Part shown: positions 11,250-23,924 of the stretch, one piece after another
Layout: each line of letters starts with the position of its first letter
Numbering within the stretch: the stretch's first letter is position 1
Assembly (NCBI RefSeq): GCF_006345805.1
Contig: NC_042997.1
Location: 172,794,001 to 172,858,000 of the forward strand
DNA: 64,000 bases
Origin: Octopus sinensis
Lineage: Eukaryota
Reading direction: 5' to 3'
Translations under genes and position numbers: made by a program
The notes under the pieces: generated by a model
Told to the model about the DNA's origin: nothing
Database searches by the model: none
The model's input: the letters and a program-made list of their open reading frames with translations, nothing else

Positions 11250-11860
11250 TATTTCTTATTTCTTTATTGCCCACAAGGGGCTATACACAGAGGGGACAAA
11301 CAAGGACAGACAAACGGATTAAGTTGATTATATCGACCCCACTACATAACTGGTACTTATTTAATCGACCACGAAAGGATGAAAGGCAAAGTTGACCTCG
11401 GCGGAATTTGAACTCAGAATGTAGCCGCAGACGAAATACCTATTTCTTTACTACCCACAAGGGCTACACACAGAGGGGACAAACAAGGACAGACAAACGG
11501 ATTAAGTCGATTATATCGAGACCAGTTCGTAACTGGTACTTATTTAATCGACCCTGAAAGGATGAAAGGCAAAGTCGACCTTGGCGGAATTTGAACTCAG
11601 AATGTAGCCGCAGACGAAATACTTATTTCTTTACTACCCACAAGGGGCTACACACAGAGGGAACAAACAAGGACAGACAAATGGATTAAGTTGATTACAT
11701 CGACCCCAGTGCGTAACTGATACTTATTTAATCGACCCCGAAAGGATGAAAGGCAAAGTCGACCTCGGCAGAATTTGAACTCAGAATGTAGCGGCAGACG
11801 AAATACCATTAAGCATTTCACCTGGCGTGCTAATGTTTCTGCCAGCTCGCTGCCTGCTTC
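11250..11860 (-). mobile_element. SINE family C with triplicated 3' part and 12-bp TSD
   Basis: Three ~184-bp units starting near 11257, 11441 and 11624; TSD tgtgcagtttct at 11238-11249 and 11861-11872; B box GAGTTCAAATTC. Confidence 0.9.
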
Positions 11861-12022
11861 TGTGCAGTTTCTATCAATCAAATTTCACTCAGAAGGCATT
11901 TAAACATACATGGAAAGTTGGTTACAATTCCTTTTCAATTTGAATGAATAAAAAAATAAAAATAAAAAACAATAAGACATATGTAATATTTCAAATTATG
12001 CAGGTTTATTACTGAAGCATAC

Positions 12023-12136
12023 ATGGATTATGTTTATTGATGCTGATGTTTAAGGTATCTTGCTGGATCAGTCTGGGGTCAGGATTTCGAGTGGCACCGT
12101 CTGGAATATTTTGCTGAAACACATTGGTAGCTTGGG
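12023..12136 (-). CDS. Candidate 114-nt symmetric exon (QATNVFQQNIPDGATRNPDPRLIQQDTLNISINKHNP)
   Basis: Long pyrimidine tract ..ttcctctttgagttcttatcgtcaacag|, donor |gtatgc, open frame, length divisible by 3; product not recognised. Confidence 0.3.
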
Positions 12137-12337
12137 CTGTTGACGATAAGAACTCAAAGAGGAAATTGAGCAAGAATATATGACCATCATCCCCATAAAT
12201 GCATTAAAAATATTCGAGAGACCTTGAACAAGTGATAGTTAAATTAGTGTTAACACATTTAATGGAAGAAGTATTAACAAACAATTTTGGAAATTATGAA
12301 GTGAGGAAAAAACAATATTAATTAATACTTAACATCA

Positions 12338-12508
12338 GGCACAGGAGTGGCTGTGTGGTAAGTAGCTTGCTTACAAACCACATGGTTCCGGGTTCAGTTC
12401 CACTGCGTGGTACCTTGGGCAAGTGTCTTCTACTATAGCCTTGAGCTGACCAAAGCCTTGTGAGTGGATTTGGAAGATGGAAACTGAAAGAAGGTCGTTA
12501 TATATATG

Positions 12509-12541
<33 letters not shown>

Positions 12542-12742
12542 TCGTGTGTCTGTGTTTGTCCCCCCCAACATCACTTGACAACCAATAGTGGTGTGTTTAC
12601 ATCCCTGTAACTTAGCAGTTCAGCAAAAGATACCAATAGAATAAGTACTACTCTTACAAAGAATAAGTCCTGGAGTCAATTTGCTCGACTAAAGGCGGTG
12701 CTCCAGCAGTCAAATGCCTGAAACAAGTAAAAGAGAGTAAAG
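12338..12742 (+). mobile_element. tRNA-derived SINE family A (full length, central TA/TG microsatellite)
   Basis: A box GGCTGTGTGGT, B box GGTTCAGTTCC, accttgggcaagtgtctt core, 3' gaaacaagtaaaagag tail. Confidence 0.9.
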
Positions 12743-13194
12743 AAAGTATCATTTTCATTTTTTGCAGCAGGAACAAAAAACAACTTTGGTTTTTGGTATT
12801 ATTCTACCTATAACTTAACTACTGTGTTTCATGAAGATGGCATCTCTTAGTTCTACACTGTCTTGAACAAGTGAGTTAAAGAAACTAATATTTGTCTCAA
12901 TTACTAAATAATATTTCAGTGGTATACTTGCCAGGCAATTGATTTCATCTGAGAGTGAGTGTTGAAAATAAAATGATTGTAGCATGAAAGGTACATATTA
13001 GCCATTCAAAAAACACACAAAGACTGTTAACTTGATTTAGACATTTATTATTTTTGTTATTTTGTGTCAACATTTTCATCACACCAACTGATGCCTGGTC
13101 ACTGACACCAAATAATAAATGTTTAAATCAAGTTAAGTGTTTGTGTATTTTTGAATAGCTAATATATATCTTCTGCAATATATATATATATATA

Positions 13195-13650
13195 TAATGA
13201 AATTATTGTATACAGTGCTCAGGTACACCACAACTTGTCAAAAGTGTGTATAAAGTATATGCAGTAATGTACAAATGTCTGGAAAGCGAACAGTGTATGA
13301 GTCAGATACATGCTTGCGTGTGTATGGAGGGGAGAAAATCAGGTGTAGTGTTGGCGAATCTCAGGAAGCATGGAAGTTTTGAAGATGCAGTGCTCCGACA
13401 ACTAACAACTGATGCCGGCAGTTTGTTCCATGCTTCAGCAACTCTCAGTGTGAAAAAATGTTTCCGAAAGTCATGGGAGCTGTGCTGTTTTCTGATTTTG
13501 TAAACATGTCCACGAGTGTTAGACAGGTGGAGTTTGAAAAGGTGCTCAGAGTTATTGTTTGTAAGATGGTTAATAATTTTATGGGTGTCTGCCAAGTCAG
13601 CTGCCAGACGTTGGAGTTTCAATGTATCCATGCCCAGGATATACTAAATA
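13195..13650 (-). mobile_element. CR1/L2-like LINE 3' end
   Basis: ORF 13302-13631 contains TRGHVYKIRKQ..RKHFFTLRVAEAWNKLP, a typical CR1-group ORF2 C-terminus; homolog at 36580-37085 (+). Confidence 0.88.
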
Positions 13651-13820
13651 GTATTTGTATAAAAGAATTATTATTCAAAACCAGAGTTAGTTAAGCTATA
13701 CAAATATTTCTCTATTTCATAACAGGGGTGAACACAGCTTGTTTATATGAAACATGCTTAGAATTTGGTTATTAGTTGTAAAATTTGCTGGAGCATATGA
13801 ACCTGTATATGAACCTAACA

Positions 13821-14010
13821 AATCCGATCCTGAATTAAGAAACTTGTATATTGCTGGCACATATTAAATTATCTCAGATTACTATAAAACTAATGTCACT
13901 GAGTTTATATCAATGATCAAAAGTTCAGTGTATAAAATTGTCCTTAATGTAGGACATAGATACTTCTGAAGTTGATGGTAAGAATTGGGTTGATAATGGC
14001 TATGCCTGTA

Positions 14011-14053
<43 letters not shown>

Positions 14054-14089
14054 TGTAGTACTCAGAATATAGGCAGTTAGAAATAGGTC
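13821..14089 (+). repeat. Diverged local duplication, copy 1 (copy 2 at 15385-15738)
   Basis: 42-nt identical start aatccgatcctgaattaagaaacttgtatattgctggcacat, then visibly diverged homology. Confidence 0.8.
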
Positions 14090-14157
14090 TAAAAAAGTCT
14101 GTTATTTTGATGCTGTTGATGTTAACAGTTAAAAAAGGTTACCTTATTAAAGCTGTT

Positions 14158-14350
14158 GGTAAGGTGGTGCACTGGCAGAATTGTTAGCAAATTGGACAGA
14201 ATTCTTTGCAGCACTTCTTAATTCTTTACATTCTAGTTTCAAATGCCACCAGATTGGCTTTGTCTTTTAGCCTTTCAGAGTTGATAAAATAGGTAACACT
14301 CAAGTACCGGAGTGGGGGTGATGCAATCAACTTTCCTACCCCCCCCCCTC
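14158..14350 (+). mobile_element. SINE family C (degenerate)
   Basis: aaggtggtgcactggcagaattgttagc...tagtttcaaatgcc. Confidence 0.6.
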
Positions 14351-14824
14351 AAATTTGCTGGCCTTGTGCCAAGAATTAGAGTTATTCAAATTGTCAGTCA
14401 ATGCTAAGACTATTCCTCCCAGTTGTCTTGTGGGTTTAGAACATCAACAGAGCTGTCTAACACATGGAAGGAATACAATGGATAGACTATTTTTCTTCTA
14501 TTGTCTTCTCCACTTAAACATAAAACATCTGATAATTATGTTGAACAGCAATGGTAATCAATAAGAAAGTCTCTCTATGGCCACTCAACTTGCTAGAAAA
14601 AACAGTCAAATCTTCCTCAAATTGCAATACATTACTATCTTAAAAACTAGAGGACATTGGATAATGTAGTCTTAGATGCAATGTGGGTAAGAAGAGAGGA
14701 TAGGATGGCCACAGGTATAACTTCAATTCTAGATATATTGGATCAGGTCTAACCTGGAGTTAAACAACAAGAAGTAGGAGAACTGAGGCCGTCGCTGTGG
14801 TCGTCGTTGTGGTCGTCATTGTGG

Positions 14825-15090
14825 TTGTCATCGTTTAACGTCCGTTTTCCTTGCTAGCAAGGGTTGGATGGTTCAACCAAGGTCTGGGAAGCCAGGAGGC
14901 TGCACCAGGCTCCAGTCTGATCTGGCAGTGTTTCTACAGCTTGATGCCCTTCCTAACGCCGACCACTCCGTGAGTGTAGTGGGTACTTTTTACGTGCCGC
15001 CAGCACAGGTGCCAGGGGAGGCTGGAAGTGGCCATGATCGGTTGATGCTTTTTACATGCCACCGGCACAGAAGCCAGTCAAGGCGGCGCA
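14825..15090 (-). mobile_element. RTE LINE 3' end
   Basis: catcgtttaacgtccg...gcccttcctaacgcc signature. Confidence 0.85.
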
Positions 15091-15594
15091 GGCATATATG
15101 TAATTATACATTCTTTTGAGAAACAAATGAAATACCTGTAGCAAATATGAACACATGACACAACCTGGTATTCCTTAACTTCCTCCATCAGCATTTTGTC
15201 AGTTCTACAGACTGCTGTTGTTTAGGCCTAAGTTAGCACTGATCAAACAGGCTTATTGAGCTCAAGGCATTCTGGCCATAACTAACCTGCCTTTTCCCTC
15301 TTTTCATAACATACTCTGAACTACATCAGCTAATGTGTATCATTTTTAAGGTGCTAACATGTGATTTGAAAGGGATTTAGCCATAATCCGATCCTGAATT
15401 AAGAAACTTGTATATTGCTGGCACATTTTAAATTGTATCAGATTTCTATAAAACTAATGTCACTGAATATTGAACAAAAGTTCAGTGTATAAAATTGTCC
15501 TTAATGAGGGGCTATAGATACATGTGAAGTAGATGGTCAGAATAGGGCAGATAACAGTAGTGCCAGCAGTACAGGTATGGTGATATGTAGTACT

Positions 15595-15707
15595 CAGGCA
15601 GACCTTTGGAAATATGCTGTGCTTGAGAAGACCCGGCAAGCCAAGTGAGACCATAACCTGTGGCCTATGCCAGTGGTGTAACCAGCCCACTTATGCATAC
15701 ATTTCCT
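15595..15707 (+). mobile_element. Internal, tail-less RTE fragment between 14-bp direct repeats
   Basis: Matches RTE 60826-60930; flanked by tgatatgtagtact at 15581-15594 and 15708-15721. Confidence 0.8.
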
Positions 15708-15857
15708 TGATATGTAGTACTAGACAGTAAGAAATAAGTTGGGCATCCACATAGAAAGTTCATCATTAGCCCATGGTTCTATACAGGTGTCATGATATAA
15801 TGCATTAAACTTGTGTGTGCATGTGTGTGTGTGCTTCACTTTAACCCTTTTGATACC

Positions 15858-16088
15858 TAGTTCCTTACTACCCACAAGGGGCTAAACACAGAGAGGACGA
15901 ACAAGGACAGACAAATGGGTTAAGTTGATTATATTGACCCCAGTGCATAACTGGTACTTATTTAATCGACTCTGAAAGGATGAAAGGCAGTCGACCTCGG
16001 CGGAATTTGAACTCAGAATGTAGCGGCAGACGAAATACTGCTAAGCATTTCGCCCAGCGTGCTAATGATTCTGCCAGCTCGCCGCCTT
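15858..16088 (-). mobile_element. SINE family C
   Basis: Full tRNA-like head gccagctcgccgcctt and body homologous to 11624-11857. Confidence 0.88.
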
Positions 16089-16215
16089 AACCCTTTTGAT
16101 ACCAATCTACCTGAGACCACACCTGGCCCTGATACAGACTTTATTTTAAAGTGAATTAAATAAAAACCTTCCATCAAAATTTTATGTAAGCTTACATTCC
16201 AAATACCAACTTAAT

Positions 16216-16428
16216 AACCCTTTCTACTATAGGCACAAGGCCTGAAATTTGGCAGAGGAGGGGACTAGTTAATTACATCGACTCCAGTGTTTCACTGGTA
16301 CTTGATTTATTGAACCTGAAAGGATGAAAGGCAAAGCTGACCTCAGTGGAATTTGAACTCAGAACGTAACAGCAGATGAAACACTGCTAAGCATTTCACC
16401 TGGTGTACTAACGTTTCTGCCAGCTTAA
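16216..16428 (-). mobile_element. SINE family C (variant tail)
   Basis: cctttctactataggcacaaggcctgaaattt...gaatttgaactcagaacg. Confidence 0.8.
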
Positions 16429-16589
16429 GATACCAACTTAATAATGATAGTAATTTCAAAAAATTAAGTGGAACAACTGCAGTGCATTTCAACAGAATTA
16501 CGATAACAAAAGGGTTAAATGTAAAAGTCCAGTTTGCTGGACATTGTTGTAGAGCTGAAAACGAGGTAATTTCTACTCTTCTCCTCTGG

Positions 16590-16766
16590 AAGCCATCTGC
16601 TTGCGATACCAGAGGGTGCACACTCTCCTACCCTGATGTAATCTCCAGGGATACAGGCATCCAGCAACAGGACCTCCGTAATGCTATGGTGGACCGTGAA
16701 GTCTGGCATAACATAGTAAATTCCATTGTCTCGATCACGGTCAAACAATGATGATAATGATGATGT
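16590..16766 (+). mobile_element. Second RTE-type LINE 3' end with (GAT/AAT)n tail
   Basis: Decodes as TLSYPDVISRDTGIQQQDLRNAMVDREVW; ends gtcaaacaatgatgataatgatgatg. Confidence 0.6.
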
Positions 16767-17739
16767 AAAACAGAGTTTGTGATAACTTAAACACTGACCA
16801 TTTTATTGCACAGCTATTTCTGTTTCATCTGTAGAATAGATCACAATGTGTTAGTAATTTTTTTTCCAGAATTACATAACAGGGCTGTTCTTATTGTGAA
16901 GGTGGTAATGGTTTCAATTAGCCACAAGTTTGAGATAGACAATCAACTACCAGAAAACTTCTCTTGATTAGCGATGTTCTCAGGTAAAAATAAAAATTCA
17001 TTGCAAGAAGTTAAGGTTAATGTAGATTATTGCTACATGAAATTAAGTCTTAAAATTTTCATTGCATGAAGTGAAGTAAGAGAGAAAATGGCATTAATTA
17101 GCTACAAGCTGTCCGCATTTCCTTGACTGTTGCACTTCAATAACTAGCCTTTTACACGAGACACTGAGCTCTGTAACCGTTTCTTGTGTAATTCAATGAG
17201 CACCAAGCTGATTGCAGTAACTAGAGGGCAAGAAATCAATCAAGAAATAGGCAGACCTGAAAAGACCTGAAATTAGTAGACCCAAAGCATGGCAACAGAA
17301 CAAACAACAACAACAATAAAAACTAAAAATACAAAACTGTGCCAATAAAAACAGTACATTTTGTTTGTTGATTGATATGGGTGAGGTCATGTGTAAATTT
17401 GTTTTAGATAAATTTTCATTATTAGTATGTATGAAAAAGTTTTTTTTTTCAGAAAAGACTCTTTAACTTATTTCTGTGTGTATGTGTGATCTTTTTTTAA
17501 TTTAATTTTTCTATTTTTTTTTTGCAAAAAAAAAAAAGAGTAAGCAAATAAACATTAAAATAAAAATGAATTTCAATTGGAAGCAGGCTTTAGTCTTCAT
17601 TCATTGTTAGGTGGCATATATGTATTTTCTGACAAGGATTGAACTCACAAACATTTATTGCACATGTATTTGTTACGTAATTCTGATGCTCTTATCCACT
17701 ACCTCTTAGCTACTGTGAGGTAACAGATGAGAAAACTAT

Positions 17740-17985
17740 CATCATCGTTATCATTGTTTAGCGTCCGCTTTCCATGCTAGCATGGGTTGGACAGTTCAGC
17801 TGGGGTCTGGGAAGCCAGAAGGCTGCACCAGGCCCAGTCTGATCTGGCAATGTTTCTACGGCTGGATGCCCTTCCTAACGCCAACCACTCCGTGAGTGTA
17901 GTGGGTTCTTTTTACGTGCCACCGGCACAGGTGTCAGACGAGGCTGGCAAACGGCCACGGTCGGATGGTGCTTTTTACGTAAATA
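17740..17985 (-). mobile_element. RTE LINE 3' end
   Basis: Same signature as 14825-15090. Confidence 0.85.
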
Positions 17986-18174
17986 AACACATAAAGATCT
18001 GTTTGAAATAATAGTTTAGTAGTTCAGTCCTGGCTTCAACAACTGTATACATACATATATATATCTACCACTTCATCATCCACAGAAACTAAAAGATTAA
18101 ATACGCTGAAATATGGTGTTTTAAAGAGAAAGAAAGAAAAGAGGCAAAAAAAGGTTGGCTGAGAAATAAAGAAA

Positions 18175-18579
18175 AGGAGTGGCTGTGTGGTAAGTAGTTT
18201 GCTTACTTACCAACCACATGGTTCCAGGTTCAGTCTCACCACATGGCACCTTGGGCAAATGTCTTCTAGAATAGCCTCAGGCCAACCAAAGCCTTGTGAG
18301 TGGATTTGGTAGATGGAAACTGAAAGAAGCCTGTCGTATATATTTATATGCATATATATATATATATATATGTTTGTGTGTCTGTGTTTGTCACCCCCAA
18401 CATCGCTTGACAACCGATGGTGGTGTGTTTACGTCCCTGTAACTTAGAGGTTCAGCAAAAGAGACCGATAGAATAAGTACTAGGCTTACAAAGAATAAGT
18501 CCTGGTGTTGATTTGCTCGACTAAAGGCTGTGCTCCAGCATGGCCACAGTCAAATGACTGAAACAAGTAAAAGAGTAAA
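18175..18579 (+). mobile_element. SINE family A
   Basis: Homologous to 12338-12742. Confidence 0.9.
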
Positions 18580-19281
18580 TCTGTTCTAAATCAATTTACA
18601 GTAGCAGGCCTTGATATTTTGGTTGTTGGTGAACACTTATTGGTAGCTGAAAAAAAATATTAGAAATTTTTTTGGGGAAATCAATAATGATGGGCGAGAC
18701 ACCAGACTAAATGTTTTACAAGTTTCATAGAATCCAAAGTTCCCTATGAAATGATAAAGCAAGTACATTTAATATACTGTTTGTCAGTTCAGTCTTTTTA
18801 ACCTGTTCTCAACAAAAGGAAGCCTTTTGTTTAACGCTCAGTATAAAGAACATTTAGAATTTGAAACTCTAAATGAAAGAAATCAATAGATGAACATTTG
18901 AAAAGTGAAACCAATATTTAAAAGTTTTGATTTAAAATTTTAAATTAAAAACGAAATCAATATTACCAACATTCAGAATTTAAATTCTAAATGTTCATAA
19001 ATTTAATGTGAACATTAAAATTCCAAATATTCAATATCAGGGCTATTTAAAATTTTAATTATAATTTAATAATGAAAATATATTTAATTTAAACATTAAA
19101 ATTCCAAATATTCACTATTAAAGATATTTAAAATCTTAATTATAAATCTTATTAATATGGATTTATTTCATGAAGGCACAAGACCACACTTCATCAATAT
19201 ATAATTTTAAAACTAAAAACAAAAAGCAGAAAAAAAAAACAGGAAAAAAAATCGAAATTAAAGCAAAAGCAAAAAAATTAC

Positions 19282-19313
19282 GCTGAATTGTAACTGAATC
19301 TTTGGTAAATTCC
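19282..19313 (-). CDS. Candidate 32-nt exon (unidentified host gene)
   Basis: ttcttaaatttctgatttcag|GGAATTTACC...ATTCAGC|gtaatt; all three frames open. Confidence 0.27.
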
Positions 19314-19828
19314 CTGAAATCAGAAATTTAAGAATAAACTAATTAAAAAAAAAATTATTCCATTACATTATTTTAATGACTCCTTAGTGGTGTAAATAAG
19401 TGGGCATCGCTAGGAAGAAGGATTCGCAGTTGGTTACCAGCAGCGGTAGTACTGTAAAATTGAAGAGTGTGTTGTCATTAATATGCCATATTTAGCTTAT
19501 TTTGCTTCAAATATGAATAGAAGGCAGGGAAGGGCTGCTTCCAGTGGCCTACACAGCTGGCTAATTGAGTTGATGATCAATTAGCAGGTTCTTTCAGTTG
19601 TGGATCGTTAACTTGATTGTGTGACTACACAGAAATGGCCCATGTCATTAGTTTCCTTTGACCTTTTAGCATTTAAACTGACTATATATAGGTGCAGGTG
19701 TGGTTGTGCCATAAGGGTTCAGTCCCACTGCATAGCACCTTGGTCAAGTGTCTTCTACTATAACCCCAGGTTGATCAAAACCTTAGAAGTGAATTTGGTA
19801 GACAGAAAATGAAAGAAGCCCATCATAA

Positions 19829-19859
<31 letters not shown>

Positions 19860-20010
19860 TGTATGTATGTATGTATGTATGTATGTACGTACGTACATAT
19901 ATATGTATGTATATATATATATACATATAATACACACACACACACACATATATATATACACACACATATATAATATGTATATACATATATATATATATAA
20001 TAAATATACA

Positions 20011-20175
20011 GGCGCAGGAGTGGCTGTGTGGTAAGTAGCTTGCTAACCAACCACATGGTTCCAGGTTCAGTCCCACTGCGTGGCATCTTGGGCAGGTGTC
20101 TTCTTCTATAGCCTCGGGCCGACCAAAGTCTTGTGAGTGGATTTGGTAGAAGGAAACTGAAAGAAGCCTGTTGTA

Positions 20176-20212
<37 letters not shown>

Positions 20213-20446
20213 CGTGTGTGTATATGTTTGTGTATCTGCATTTGTCCCTCTAGCATTGCTTGACAACCGATGCTGGTGTGTTTACGTCCCCGTCACTTAG
20301 CGGTTCGGCAAAAGAGACCGATAGAATAAGTACTGGGCTTACAAAGAATAAGTCCCGGGGTCGATTTGCTCGACTAGAGGCGGTGCTCCAGCATGGCCGC
20401 AGTCAAATGACTGAAACAAGTAAAAGAGTAAAAGACTAAAGAGTAA
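20011..20446 (+). mobile_element. SINE family A (young copy)
   Basis: CpG-rich intact copy; a degenerate 5' half also lies at ~19700-19828. Confidence 0.92.
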
Positions 20447-20448
20447 GA

Positions 20449-20710
20449 TATCATCATCATCATCATCATCGTTTAGCGTCCGTTTTCCATGCTAGCATGG
20501 GTTGGACGGTTCTACTGGGGTCTGTGAAGCCAGAAGGCTTCATCAGGCCCAGTCAAATCTGGCAGTGTTTCTACGGCTGGATGCCCTTCCTAACGCCAAC
20601 CACTCCGTGAGTGTAGTGGGTGCTTTTTACGTGCCACCCGCACTGGTGCCAGACAGAGCTGGCAAACGGCCACGAACGGATGGTGCTTTTTATGTGCCAC
20701 CGGCACATAA
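20449..20710 (-). mobile_element. RTE LINE 3' end, tail-to-tail with SINE-A
   Basis: (atc)n gtttagcgtcc... begins directly after the SINE tail. Confidence 0.88.
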
Positions 20711-21623
20711 GTATAGATATATATAATATATATATATACATGTATACATAATATATATATATATATATATGTATATAATATATGAGCATATACATATAAT
20801 ATATGTGTGTGTGTGTATGTGTCTTTGTGTCCGTGTTTGTCTCCCACCACTGCTGGATAACCACTATTGGTGAGTTTATGTCTCTGTAACTTAGCAGTTT
20901 GGCAAAGACATTGATTGAATAAGTACCAGGCTTAAAAAACGCACTGTGGTTGATTCATTTGTCTAAAAAAAGTCTTCAAGACAGTGCTGCAGCATAGTTG
21001 CAGTCTAATGACTGAAACAAGTAAAAGATAAGAGAAAAGGTAAAAGATATCGGGTCAAAATATTCTACTTGTTTTAAGAGTACGAACTGACTGTGTCCCT
21101 CCTGTCACACATACCCTGTGATGTCATTCTAAAAATAATCGCTTCATCAAAATCTTGAAGCTATAATACATAATCAGTTCAAAACGCATTGTGAATAAAT
21201 AAGTGTTACATTTCACAGTGTAATCTGAATACTTAAAGGGTTGAGTTAAGGCTGTGAATCTATGTGGATGTACAAGAGAGAGAAAGGGAATGAGGGAGGG
21301 ATAGATAAGTATATGTATATATATATAAATTAGAAAATAAAAAAAAAAACACCTTTTATCAATTCAATAATGAAAAATTAAATTATACCATTTAGAAAAA
21401 TTACATATTATAGAAAGATTAAATATAAGATTAAACATATATCAATGATTAAGTAATGTGCAAAATAGTAAATAAAATGTGTATATATATATATATATAT
21501 ACAACTTATAAATAAGGGCAAACGAAAAAATTTCTAATGCCAAATATGCTGAAAATTGGACATATTGTCCATTTACCATATAATTTTTTTCTCAGTACGC
21601 ATGCTACTCAAAAAAAGGCCGAT

Positions 21624-21683
<60 letters not shown>

Positions 21684-22039
21684 ATTTTAGAATTCACTTG
21701 ATTTTATGAACATTACTTCAAGATTTTGTCTCCATAGAGAATACCTTCAAGTCAAGCCTTTCTTGAGTTTTTACTTTCTATGCTGTACTTGAGGGATTCA
21801 AACTCAAGTACCGGAACCCAATAAAACACTAGTACTTCTTCCCTTGATACTGGTAACACTGTTACACCAGCCATAGTACTACAGGATGGATCCATGTTTA
21901 TATACTGTTTTTTGTTTATTGGTTGTTAAATTTTTAGAGTCTATTAAGGCCTACTGAAGCCAATTTATCTTTTGTCCTTCAAGGGAAGGGTAAAGGGGGC
22001 AATAAATAACTACTAGCCATGTACTGGGGAAAGGGAAAT

Positions 22040-22113
22040 GGAGCAGCCTCCTGGCTTCCCAGACCCCGGTCGAACCGTCCAACCCATGCTAGCATGGAAA
22101 ATGGACGTTAAAC

Positions 22114-22183
<70 letters not shown>

Positions 22184-22192
22184 GTGATGATG
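22040..22192 (+). mobile_element. RTE LINE 3' end with long (GAT)n tail
   Basis: ggacgttaaac(gat)n; source of the poly-His ORF. Confidence 0.85.
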
Positions 22193-22331
22193 GGCTTCTT
22201 TCAATTTCTGTCTACCAAATCCACTCACAAGACTTTGGTTGGCCTGAGGCTATAGAAGAAGACACTTGCCCAAGGTGCCATGCAGTGGGACTGAACCTGG
22301 AACCATGTGCTTGGTAGGCAAGCTATTTACC
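22190..22331 (-). mobile_element. SINE family A 5' half
   Basis: gggcttctttcaatttctg...cacagccactcctgcacc. Confidence 0.85.
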
Positions 22332-22435
22332 ACACAGCCACTCCTGCACCTTTAAGAAAAAAAAAGGACAAAAGAAAAACAAAATGGCATGGTCTAGTCC
22401 TGCTTATTATTATTATCATTATTATTATTATTATT

Positions 22436-22991
22436 GAGTGAGAGAGCAGTGCATGCCATCAAAGTGACACTGGGGTAAAATATACGAAGCCCAATATACC
22501 CATCATGACTACCCATCTGATAAAGGTACACCAGGCACATGCATCACAACCATATGTGCGCGACATGGTGATCTCATATCAAGATAAACAGCACATGACT
22601 TTGCAGGTGGGGCCCAGTTAGAATTTTCTTCAGGTTGAGTAGCCCATCCCGCTCAAAAGCTCCCTGAATAAGGGTTGTTTAAGGATGTTGAAAGAACCAC
22701 CCATGTTTCCAGAGGTGAAATATTCAAACCCCAAAGAATCCCTCTCAACACATGGTTATGATGCTCCCCCACTACTTCTTCTCGTGATCAGAGATGCACA
22801 TATCGTCAGCCACTAAGGGACATGCTAAACTGGTTAAGGTCAAACAACTGACAAGCAAATCTGTGGTATTGAGCAGAATATTTGCTGTAGCCCATCTTTT
22901 ATACCAAGACAAAACAATGTACATGATAACACTTCCAATCAGTTAAGATCAGAAGCCATGAGAGCCACTGCCTGGTACTGCATCAGGGCAT
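22436..22991 (-). mobile_element. (TAA)n-flanked ~550-bp element (copy 3)
   Basis: Reverse-complement homolog of 506-1051, with ATT runs on both sides. Confidence 0.85.
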
Positions 22992-23160
22992 TTTATTATT
23001 ATTATTATTATTATTATCATTTTTATTATTATTATTATTAAGTGGCAAACTGAAATATTCCATAAACGTTTAGCACCAAAATACTATATATACTAAAAAT
23101 GTGTATTGCAGCAGCAGCAGCAGCAGCAAGAAGAAGAAAGAAGAAGAAGAAGAGAAGAAG

Positions 23161-23191
<31 letters not shown>

Positions 23192-23924
23192 GGTGGTGGT
23201 GGTGGTGGTGGTGGAGTCTGCTTTGGTTGGCATAAATCCCAGGATGTAAAAGGAAGGAAACTATTGAAGACAATTCAGTTATTTGAATTCAGTGTGAACT
23301 TTTCCCAAAATTTTGTTGGCCAATATTTAAGATGTTATCACTAAATGAATTCGATATAGTGTGTGTGTGTGTGTGTGTGTGTGCATGTATGTGTTATAGT
23401 CTATTCCTATAGCCAAGAATGGTATACAGTTTTCATCCACATGAGACATACACACTAAAGCAGTACAGCTTAAATAGAAGCAGAAGTGATTCAAAAGAGT
23501 GGAGAAAGGGAAAAAATTGCTTAAAATACCTTTTTATTTTCTATCCTCATCAAAATAAAATCATCATAATCATTATCCTTATCAGCATCGCACATCACCA
23601 CCAACACCTTCATTATCAGTAACAAATAAAGTCTTTATCGTAATATTTATCACCACCACCAATATCACCATCCTTATGATTACCGCAAATACTATTGCCA
23701 ATCGTCAACATCTTTATCAGTGCAATAAATGCAATCCCTCTCCTCTCTTCACTTCATCATTATATATAAAGGCTCAGATGATGATTATAAAAAAAAGCAA
23801 CTATGAAAACAATGCAAGACATATAAATATAATGCAGGTGTACATATGAATGTGTTCTTCACAAACACACACATATATATACATAACATACATTATATAA
23901 TGATTTCACTTGCTTCAATAGGTC

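Noticed and set aside
9813-12130. Plus-strand spliced peptide ...CPTDFFGFQWSQFAIKYLAGSVWGQDFEWHRLEYFAETHW*
   Set aside because: Weak splice sites and an aromatic-rich composition typical of antisense reading; not recognised; kept only as an alternative.
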